Source of the DNA: Solirubrobacterales bacterium
Lineage (GTDB): Bacteria > Actinomycetota > Thermoleophilia > Solirubrobacterales > 70-9
DNA: 56,875 bases
NCBI GenBank assembly: GCA_036265555.1
Contig: DATAOX010000036.1
Location: 1 to 56,875 of the forward strand
Reading direction: 5' to 3'
Shown: one piece after another, positions 34,264 through 41,428 of the stretch
Layout of the letters: each line of letters starts with the position of its first letter
How positions within the stretch are numbered: position 1 is the first letter of the stretch
Made by a program: the position numbers and the translations under genes
Notes under the pieces: generated by a model
The model's input: the letters and a program-made list of their open reading frames with translations, nothing else
What the model was told of the DNA's origin: nothing
Databases searched by the model: none

Positions 34264-34665
34264 CTACTCCCGCAGCCCGGCGGCTTCGAGGGCTTCACGC
34301 CGATCCATGTAGCCCTGGATGCCGACCACACGCCCGTAACGCACCTCGAAGAGCATCGCGGTGTCGGTTTCCATCTCTACCCCGCTCCCCTTCCCGCGCC
34401 GAAACTCGTGCAGGAGCACGGCGACGCAGTCGCCCGCATCGATGACCTGCTCCGCGTCCAGGCGGCGCTCATCCCAGGCGTCGCTGTCCTGCGCGAAGAA
34501 ATCCCCGATCTGCTCGGGGCCACGCCAGAGACTGCCTTCGGTGAGCCCACCGACCGTGCCATGAAGCTCGGCGTCCGGCGCGAGCTGCCGCGTCGCTTCT
34601 TCGAAGTCCCCGCGGTTGAAGGCGTCGAACATTCGGCGCACGATCTCCACATTCTCCTGCGACAT
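34264..34665 (-). CDS. NTF2/SnoaL-like family protein (paralog 2)
   Basis: MSQENVEIVRRMFDAFNRGDFEEA...GYMDRREALEAAGLRE. GATACT-N9-ATG leader. Confidence 0.85.
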   Translation of the reverse strand: MSQENVEIVRRMFDAFNRGDFEEATRQLAPDAELHGTVGGLTEGSLWRGPEQIGDFFAQDSDAWDERRLDAEQVIDAGDCVAVLLHEFRRGKGSGVEMETDTAMLFEVRYGRVVGIQGYMDRREALEAAGLRE

Positions 34666-34980
34666 CGCCTACGCAGTATCTCGCTTCGTTCCAAGCGGAT
34701 AATTGGCGCCGTGGTCGGTATTGGTCGGGTGAGCATTACTCCGGCATAGCCCCCCGGTTGGGCTGTCCCATGTGCCTCCCCAGGCCAAGTGACGATCGAG
34801 CCTCCGGCACCCTCTGGGTTCGCAGGTGGCGGGTTATCGCGCTGCTCGCGGGCTGTGACGCCTCCGCAAGACCCGACCGATTCCGCCTCCCGACGCGCCC
34901 ATATGCCATCAAGGCTGCTCCACCCGCCGCCCTCCTGCGCGGGGAGGTTGTCGCTCGCGCTACCCGATCGCGGCTCCGGG

Positions 34981-35038
34981 TGGTAGCAAGGCCTCTGCTA
35001 CCAGCCGGGCTGCTACCAGTCGGCTACCAGTTGCGGCG
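34981..35038. repeat. cluster of GCTACCAG(T) repeats (1 inverted plus 3 direct), candidate arm-type integrase sites
   Basis: TGGTAGC at 34981-87. GCTACCAG at 34997-35004, 35012-20 and 35023-31. The stretch 35010-35038 matches 32256-32285 (28/30), which is the integrase 3' end. Confidence 0.6.
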
Positions 35039-35120
35039 CTGAGACGAAGCTCTAGGCGTGGACGACGATCACCGCCACCGGCACCGTGGCGGTCCCGATC
35101 ATCCCACCGCCAAGAGAGAT

Positions 35121-35150
35121 TGACGGGACCTGACGGGACCTGACGGTGAT
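35121..35150. repeat. 3 tandem copies of a 10-mer next to the tRNA 3' end
   Basis: TGACGGGACC TGACGGGACC TGACGGTGAT. Confidence 0.7.
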
Positions 35151-35160
35151 CCCGAACCGA

Positions 35161-35233
35161 TGGGCGCTACTGGGCTCGAACCAGTGACCTCCAGCTTGTC
35201 GAGCTGGCGCTCTCCCTACTGAGCTAAGCGCCC
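35161..35233 (-). tRNA. tRNA-Val (anticodon GAC) with C at position 33
   Basis: GGGCGCUUAGCUCAGUAGGGAGAGCGCCAGCUCGACAAGCUGGAGGUCACUGGUUCGAGCCCAGUAGCGCCCA folds as a perfect cloverleaf. The anticodon loop is U-C-GAC-A-A. The discriminator is A73 and no CCA is encoded. Confidence 0.85.
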
Positions 35234-35279
35234 TGGGGGTCAACGAGTTTAACCGCCGGCCCGAGCTCGATTTGAGCGA

Positions 35280-36272
35280 TCAGGCGACGGCCGGCGGCGC
35301 CGGACTGGGGACCGGCGGAGTCGCCACGAGCCCCTTCGCGTACATGGTCTCGACGAAGACCTCGCGCGTAGTCGCCGACGGCTGCCAGTCGATCTCGTCC
35401 TTGAGCTTCTCGTTCGAGACGATCCACGGGTAACGGATGAAGCTGAGGTTTCCCGGCGGAGACTCCACGCGCGGCGCATGGAGCGCCCACGCCGCCCCGT
35501 AAATCCGGCGCATGGCCCTCATCGACATCACGCGGGTCTTCAGCCCGACCATCTCGGCGGACTCTTTCCACGTCATCCTCCCGTCGCCGCCGACGTTGAA
35601 CGCCCCTCCGCTCCTCTCGTCGAGGAGGCCGACGATCGCGCTGATCACGTCGTCCTCGTGGACCAGCTGGAACTCCTCCTCCACCCCGTCGAGGATCGGC
35701 ATGAACGCGGAGGTCCTCCAGCTCCGGGAGATGTAGTTGTCGACGTTCGGCCCGAAGACGATGCTCGGGCGAACGATCGTCATCACTCGGTCGGAATTCT
35801 CGAGCGCCCACAACTGACAGATCCGGTCGACGTCCGCCTTGTGGCGAGCGTACGAGAAGTCCGGCTGGCCGCGAACCGGCCAGTCCTCGGCGATTGGCTT
35901 CGGATTGTCCGGAAAGGCCCCGTACGCGGTCGCCGACGACGTGACCAGAATCTGCTGGGTACCGGCGTCCGCCGCCGCCCTCAGGACGGCCGCGGTTCCG
36001 TTGACGTCGATGTCGTACATCCGTGCCTCATCGCGGATCGGGTTCAGCACGAAGGCCAGATGCACCAATGCGTCCGGCCGCTCTCGTTCGAGCAGGGTCC
36101 GGATCGACGCGTAGTCGCGCACGTCGCCGCGGACGAAGGTCGAGTTCCCGATTCGGCCCGCGGGTGGGCGGACGTCAAGGTTGACGATCGCGTCGACGTC
36201 GTCCCGGGCCGAGAGGATCTCCGTCAGGCGGGAGCCGATGTACCCTGAGCCGCCGGTGATCAGGTAGCGCAC
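35280..36272 (-). CDS. NAD-dependent epimerase/dehydratase (SDR superfamily)
   Basis: MRYLITGGSGYIGSRL Rossmann motif and YARHKADVD (YxxxK). GTG start at 36272. Confidence 0.85.
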   Translation of the reverse strand: MRYLITGGSGYIGSRLTEILSARDDVDAIVNLDVRPPAGRIGNSTFVRGDVRDYASIRTLLERERPDALVHLAFVLNPIRDEARMYDIDVNGTAAVLRAAADAGTQQILVTSSATAYGAFPDNPKPIAEDWPVRGQPDFSYARHKADVDRICQLWALENSDRVMTIVRPSIVFGPNVDNYISRSWRTSAFMPILDGVEEEFQLVHEDDVISAIVGLLDERSGGAFNVGGDGRMTWKESAEMVGLKTRVMSMRAMRRIYGAAWALHAPRVESPPGNLSFIRYPWIVSNEKLKDEIDWQPSATTREVFVETMYAKGLVATPPVPSPAPPAVA

Positions 36273-36394
36273 GCGCGCATCCTATTCGGCGGCGCGACGA
36301 CCCGGCCCCGCCGTCTGCGAGCAAACGCTCACATTGTCCCATCTACACGGCGTTGCGGCGACCGATTGGACGATTCGTAAGAAACCAGCAAAAT

Positions 36395-36578
36395 AACGAG
36401 GAAAACGGCCGAAAAACCGGATCGAGGGGAACCGCAACCTTCCTCGAAATCAGGTGTTAAGTTAAGGTGAGCCGTCGCCGAATGTGCGGGGCGGAGACTT
36501 AAGGACCGACGGGCCAGCGGTCGCATCGCTGGCGGCACGTCCTTCGGAAATCAAGGGCCCCTTCCAAGGGGCCCTTTT
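36395..36578 (+). ncRNA. candidate small RNA (~180 nt) in a low-GC intergenic island; class unknown
   Basis: TTGGAC-N17-CAAAAT at 36366-36394. Nested hairpins (TTAAGT...ACTTAA about 36466-36505; GCCAGCG-N7-CGCTGGC about 36513-36533). A canonical terminator at 36553-36578. No + strand CDS downstream. Confidence 0.3.
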
Positions 36579-36934
36579 CCGTGGCCCGGGGAATCCCCGT
36601 CACCCGCTCCCGGCTCGCGGCCCGCTTCGACCTCGAGCGTCAGGCCATCGATCGCCTCGATCCGAACCGTCTCTCCCTCCCTGACGGGAGCCTTGGCGCG
36701 CGCGTTCCAGAACTCGCCGTCGAGGCGCACGCGGCCGACCGGGTCGCAGTCGTCGACCACCGTCGCCGTGCGCCCCACCAGGGTCTCCGGGCCGCTGCGC
36801 AGCCGGTAGCGACGCAGGAAGCGCTTCCACGCCAGATATTCCGCCACCTCGAGGCCGAGCGCGGCAGCGAGCGCGACGAGCCCCCACGGCAGGCCCAGAA
36901 GGAGCAGGGCGATGAATCCCGCGATCAGCAGCAT
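36551..36934 (-). CDS. NfeD family membrane protein
   Basis: Two N-terminal TM segments, then an OB-fold tail LVGRTATVVDDCDPVGRVRLDGEFWNARAKAPVREGETVRIEAIDGLTLEV. Confidence 0.8.
   Translation of the reverse strand: MLLIAGFIALLLLGLPWGLVALAAALGLEVAEYLAWKRFLRRYRLRSGPETLVGRTATVVDDCDPVGRVRLDGEFWNARAKAPVREGETVRIEAIDGLTLEVEAGREPGAGDGDSPGHGKGPLGRGP
36553..36578. terminator. bidirectional intrinsic terminator
   Basis: AAGGGCCCCTT-CC-AAGGGGCCCTT followed by TTTT on the + strand and TTGATTT on the - strand. Overlaps the NfeD stop codon. Confidence 0.7.
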
Positions 36935-36946
36935 GGGGGCCTCGCT

Positions 36947-37849
36947 CTAGCTCTCGTCGCCAGGGTCGACGCGCTCCACCAGCCGCCGCTCGGCGTCGTT
37001 GATCCGCTGCGCGAGGTCGGCCTCGGCGTCCACAGCCGCCACGATCCTCCCCTCCCACTCCGCGGCCCGCTCGGCCGAGTCGCCGAGCTCGGCGATGCGG
37101 CGAGCAACGGCGGCAACCCGGTCAGCGATCTCCACCACCCGCCGCTCGGCCTGCTCGACGCTCTCGATCGCCTGTTCGAGTTTGCCGTCCGCATCCGCGA
37201 CGACCCCCGCCGTCGCCTGTTCGCGACGCTCGGTCTCCACGAGGCGCCGCTCCGTCTCCTGGAACCGTCGCTCGAGCTCGCCGGACGCCGAGACTGCGGC
37301 GGCGATGCGCTGGTCCACCTCGTCGAGAAGCGACTGCGACGCCAGCCGGACGGCGTCGACCTCGCCCTTGCGAGCCTCGGCCTGGCTCTCCAGACGCGCC
37401 AGGGCTCCCGCGATTCGCGCTGAATTTTCCTCCCGGATCAGCTTGAGCTCCTGGCGGCGCGCCCGGACCCCGAGCTTCTCGGTGGCGGCGTCGATCTGGG
37501 TTTCCGCCCGGCGGATCTGAGCGAGAGGCGCTTCGGCCGTCGCCTTGATCCGCGCCAGCTCGGCCGCCTGTTGTTCGTCGCCCTTGGCGCGAAGCTCGAC
37601 GAGCGCGGCCTCCAGCCGCTCCTGAAGCCGTCCTTCGGTGGCGGCCAGGTCGCGCTCGAACTGCGCATGAAGGTCCTCGCTCGCCTGCCTGAGGATCTCC
37701 GCTACGCGACGTTCGAACTCCTCGACGGCGCCCTCGAACCAAGCCGTCTCCGTCGCGCTCCGCTCACCCGGTAGCCGCCGCCCGAGGGCCGCAGCCAGAC
37801 GAGCCCCGAGTCCACCTGGCGGCGGCCGTCTTCGCCTTTCGCTCTCCAC
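36947..37849 (-). CDS. soluble coiled-coil protein (Ala/Glu/Arg-rich), unknown function
   Basis: 300 aa. No TM segment and no SPFH domain. Heptad-like repeats throughout. Lies 12 nt upstream of the NfeD gene. Confidence 0.65.
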   Translation of the reverse strand: MESERRRRPPPGGLGARLAAALGRRLPGERSATETAWFEGAVEEFERRVAEILRQASEDLHAQFERDLAATEGRLQERLEAALVELRAKGDEQQAAELARIKATAEAPLAQIRRAETQIDAATEKLGVRARRQELKLIREENSARIAGALARLESQAEARKGEVDAVRLASQSLLDEVDQRIAAAVSASGELERRFQETERRLVETERREQATAGVVADADGKLEQAIESVEQAERRVVEIADRVAAVARRIAELGDSAERAAEWEGRIVAAVDAEADLAQRINDAERRLVERVDPGDES

Positions 37850-37914
37850 CCCTGAATGGTCCTACACGCGCCGGTTGCGCGCCCTGAGCGGGTCGCCCCG
37901 AACGCTAGCGACGG

Positions 37915-38787
37915 TCAGCGGATCGCGCCGACGAGGTGGACGCGCTCGCCGCCGGGCGCCTCCACCCGGAAACCCCAATCCTCGCCGCGGCGCGCTGACA
38001 GGAACCGGACACGGCCCGGGATGCGAAGGGGCGATTTGAACTCGACGTCGATCTCGAGGTCATCACCCGTCCTGCCCTCGAACGCGGCCAGGCAGCGCGC
38101 CTTGGTCCACATACCATGCGCGATGGCGGTCGGAAAGCCGAACACCCGGGCGGACAGCGAGTGCATGTGAATCGGATTGCGATCTCCAGAGACCGCCGCG
38201 TAGCGCCGACCGACGTCGCCGGGAACGCGCCACTCCGCGCGCACCTCGAGGTCCCCGTTTGCGCCTTCGTCGCGCTCGGGCCGATCCGCCGACGCACCGT
38301 CACCGCTCCCGCCCCGGTTTAGGTATGTGCTTCGCCCGCGCCACGCGAGCTCGCCCTCGAGCGCGGCCTCGGCCACGAGGTCGAACTGCCGGCCGCGCCG
38401 GTGTGGCCGGAGGTCCTCGACCCAGACCGAGAAGTCGAGGCGCGCGTCCACGGGGATCGGCTCGAGAACCTCGATCCGGTTCCCGATGTGGATGAGCCCA
38501 AGGACCGAGAACGGAAACGAGCGATCGGTCATGAGTGAGAGATGGAGGGGAAAGGCCATCACATGCGGATAGGTCCCCGGCACGGTGCTTCGGATCCGGA
38601 ACCCGCAGACTCGGCAGTAGCCCGCCACGCGGTCGCGATCCACCTCGACGCCCCTCAGCCCGATCCTGCGATCGGGCAGCTCGGTCTCGCCCCCGGGAAT
38701 GATCGGCGCGAGTGCCGCCCGCGCGTACAGGCGCGCGAGCGACGGAGCCGCTTCGAGCTCGATCGCCTCCGCGGTCCCCTGGGTCAT
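37915..38787 (-). CDS. MaoC-like (R)-specific enoyl-CoA hydratase/dehydratase, double hot-dog (HtdX-like)
   Basis: RYAAVSGDRNPIHMHSLSARVFGFPTAIAHG hydratase motif. ATG at 38787 overlaps the upstream stop (ATGA). The track ORF is over-extended to 39030. Confidence 0.88.
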   Translation of the reverse strand: MTQGTAEAIELEAAPSLARLYARAALAPIIPGGETELPDRRIGLRGVEVDRDRVAGYCRVCGFRIRSTVPGTYPHVMAFPLHLSLMTDRSFPFSVLGLIHIGNRIEVLEPIPVDARLDFSVWVEDLRPHRRGRQFDLVAEAALEGELAWRGRSTYLNRGGSGDGASADRPERDEGANGDLEVRAEWRVPGDVGRRYAAVSGDRNPIHMHSLSARVFGFPTAIAHGMWTKARCLAAFEGRTGDDLEIDVEFKSPLRIPGRVRFLSARRGEDWGFRVEAPGGERVHLVGAIR

Positions 38788-40145
38788 GCGCCCAGGAGCT
38801 GCTGTCCGCAGACCCGCACGACGTTGCCGTTGAGACCGCCGGATGCCGGACTCACCAGCCAGGCGATTGTCTCGGCGACGTCGACCGGCTTCCCGCCCTG
38901 GAGGAGGCTGTTCATGCGGCGCCCGGCCTCGCGGGTGCCGACCGGCATCGCCGCCGTCATCTGCGTCTCGATGAACCCGGGCGCGACCGCATTGATGGTG
39001 GCCGAGCGCTCGCGCATCGCCGGCGCCCACGCCCGCACCATCCCGATCACGCCGGCCTTGCTCGTCGCGTAGTTGGTCTGGCCGCGATTGCCCGCGATCC
39101 CGCTGACCGACGAAACCGACACGATCCGCCCGCGCGCGCCGATCAACCCCCCCTCCAGAAGCGCCTCGGTCAGACGCTCCTGGCTCGAGAGGTTGACATC
39201 GACGACCATGTCCCAGTTCTCCGGCGGCATCCGAGCGATCGTCCGGTCCCGCGTGATTCCCGCGTTGTGGACGAACGCGTCGATTCGCCCGCCCCGCCCG
39301 CCAATGTGGTCTGCGAGCCGCTGCGGTGCACCCGCGTCGGTGATGTCGAGTGCGAGCGAAGTGCCCCCGATCCCGTTTGCGACTCGCGAGAGGGCCTCAC
39401 CCGCCGGGGGGATGTCGATGCAGAGCACCTCGGCGCCCCGATCGGCGAGCGTCGCAGCGATGGACTCGCCGATGCCTCGAGCGGCGCCCGTGACGGCCGC
39501 CGAGACCCCCGCGAGCGGCCGCTCCCAGTCGGCCGGCGGGACGACCCGGTCTCCGTCGGCGGCCTGGATGTGGATCGCCTGACCATCGACGTACGCGGAG
39601 CGGGCCGACAACAGGAAGCGGATCGTCGACTCCATCGCGCCCTCACCTCCAGCCGCGACCTCGACCAGCTGCGCCGTCGACCCGTAGCGGCCGACCTCCT
39701 TCGCCACCGAGCGGACGAAGCCCTCGATCGCTCGCTGGGCCGTCGCCGCGGCGACGGATCCGGCCTCGATCGCCGGCGTCGTGAACACGACAACACGTCC
39801 GTTCCGGCCGAGCGACGCAATCACCGGGTGAAAGAAGTCATAGAGGGCGCGCAGGCGCGGGCTCGAGTCGATCCCGGTCGCGTCGAAGACGAGCGCCGCG
39901 GGACGGCCTCCCTCGTCCGCAGCGGTGGCGGCATCGAGAGTGCGGGCGCCGATCGAGCGAAGGATGTCGCGCACGGGCTCCGCGAGCCGGCCGCCCCGTG
40001 CCTGTCCGAAGACCACGGGGCCCGAGACCACCGGCATTCCCGGCTCGTGGCGCTCGAGGGGCGGCGGGGCCGGGAGGCCGAGCCGCTTGACGAATGCACT
40101 GCCCAGGGCCGAGTTCGCGAGCGCCTGATAACGGTCGCCGCTCAT
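38784..40145 (-). CDS. high-molecular-weight 3-oxoacyl reductase (FabG4-like SDR with an N-terminal non-catalytic domain)
   Basis: About 453 aa. The C-terminal SDR has VTGAARGIG, NAGITRD and YATSKAG. ATGA overlap with the thiolase stop. Confidence 0.88.
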   Translation of the reverse strand: MSGDRYQALANSALGSAFVKRLGLPAPPPLERHEPGMPVVSGPVVFGQARGGRLAEPVRDILRSIGARTLDAATAADEGGRPAALVFDATGIDSSPRLRALYDFFHPVIASLGRNGRVVVFTTPAIEAGSVAAATAQRAIEGFVRSVAKEVGRYGSTAQLVEVAAGGEGAMESTIRFLLSARSAYVDGQAIHIQAADGDRVVPPADWERPLAGVSAAVTGAARGIGESIAATLADRGAEVLCIDIPPAGEALSRVANGIGGTSLALDITDAGAPQRLADHIGGRGGRIDAFVHNAGITRDRTIARMPPENWDMVVDVNLSSQERLTEALLEGGLIGARGRIVSVSSVSGIAGNRGQTNYATSKAGVIGMVRAWAPAMRERSATINAVAPGFIETQMTAAMPVGTREAGRRMNSLLQGGKPVDVAETIAWLVSPASGGLNGNVVRVCGQQLLGA

Positions 40146-41428
40146 CCGCACCGTTCCAGGATCGCCGCAACCCCCATCCCGCCCGCGGCGCAGATCGAGA
40201 TCAGCCCGCGCCCGGAACCGCGCTCCGCAAGCAGCTTCGCCAGCGTCGCGACGATTCGCGCGCCCGTTGCGCCGAACGGGTGCCCGGCGGCGAGCGAGGA
40301 GCCATTGACGTTCAGCTTGTCGCGGTCGATCGCGCCGAGCGGCTCATCCAGCCCCAGTCGGTCCTTGCAGAACGCCGGGTCCTGCCAGGCCTTCAGCGTC
40401 ATCGCGACCTGCGAGGCGAAGGCCTCGTGGATCTCGTAGTAGTCGAAGTCCTGGAGGTCGAGGCCGTTTCGTTCGAGCAGACGCGGGACCGCGTACAGCG
40501 GCGCCTCGAGCAGTCCCGATTCGCCATGGACATAGTCGACGGCCCCGGTCTCGGCGTCGACGAAGTGGGCCAGCACCGGCAGGTCTTGTTCGGCGGCCCA
40601 CTCGTCGCTGGCGAGCAGCGCCGCGGAAGCGCCGTCCGTGAGCGGCGTCGAGTTCCCGGCCGTCATCGACGCGTCCGGCCCTTCGCCGAAGACCGGCTTC
40701 ATCCCGGCGAGCTTTTCGATCGAGGCATCGGGCCGCAGGTTGCCATCGCGCTCCAGGCCCAGGAACGGGGTGACGAGGTCGTCGAAGAACCCGCGGTCAT
40801 ACGCGGCGGCCAATCGGTGGTGGCTCTCGACCGCGATCTCGTCCTGCTCCTCCCGCGTGATTCCCCAGCGCCTGGTGGAGATCGCCTGGTGCTCCCCCAT
40901 CGAAAGGCCCGTCCGCGGCTCCTCGTTGCGGGGAGTAGCCGGCACGACCTGACCCGGGCGCAGCCGTCCGAGCAGCGCCAGGCGGCCGGTGGTCGAGCGG
41001 GTTCGGTTGAGGTCGAGCAGCAGCCGGCGCAGATCGTCGTTCAGCTCGATCGGCGCGTCGCTCGTCGTGTCGTAGCCGCCTGCGATCCCGGACTCGATCT
41101 GGCCCAGCCGGATCTTGTTGGCGACGTGGATGGTCGTCTCCAGGCTGGTCCCGCAGGCCTGCTGGACGTCGTACGCGGGCGTCTCGGGGGCGAGGGCCGA
41201 GCCCAGCACGCACTCGCGCGTGAGGTTGAAGTCGCGGCTTCGTTTCAGGACGCCCCCGGCGGCGACCTCGCCCAGCCGCTGGCCCTGGAGCCCGAAGCGA
41301 GCGACCAGCCCATCGATGGCTGCGGTCAGCATGTCCTGGTCCGACGCGTGCGCGTATTCGCGGTCGCGCCGAGCGAAGGGGATGCGGTTGCCGCCCAGGA
41401 CGGCCGCGTTTCGCCTGTCGGGACTCAA
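40142..41428 (-). CDS. acetyl-CoA C-acyltransferase (thiolase)
   Basis: DVQQACGTSLETT, GHPFGATGARI and ICAAGGMG. TTG start overlaps the upstream stop (TTGA). Confidence 0.92.
   Translation of the reverse strand: MSPDRRNAAVLGGNRIPFARRDREYAHASDQDMLTAAIDGLVARFGLQGQRLGEVAAGGVLKRSRDFNLTRECVLGSALAPETPAYDVQQACGTSLETTIHVANKIRLGQIESGIAGGYDTTSDAPIELNDDLRRLLLDLNRTRSTTGRLALLGRLRPGQVVPATPRNEEPRTGLSMGEHQAISTRRWGITREEQDEIAVESHHRLAAAYDRGFFDDLVTPFLGLERDGNLRPDASIEKLAGMKPVFGEGPDASMTAGNSTPLTDGASAALLASDEWAAEQDLPVLAHFVDAETGAVDYVHGESGLLEAPLYAVPRLLERNGLDLQDFDYYEIHEAFASQVAMTLKAWQDPAFCKDRLGLDEPLGAIDRDKLNVNGSSLAAGHPFGATGARIVATLAKLLAERGSGRGLISICAAGGMGVAAILERCG

Larger units (their letters stand above)
32138..35179. mobile_element. 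decayed tRNA-Val-targeted integrative element (~3 kb) bounded by a 15-bp direct repeat
   Basis: CGCTACTGGGCTCGA occurs at 32138-32152 and at 35165-35179 (inside the tRNA-Val 3' half). The interval holds a 5'-truncated tyrosine recombinase, a ClC gene, an NTF2-like gene and arm-like repeats. Confidence 0.7.
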
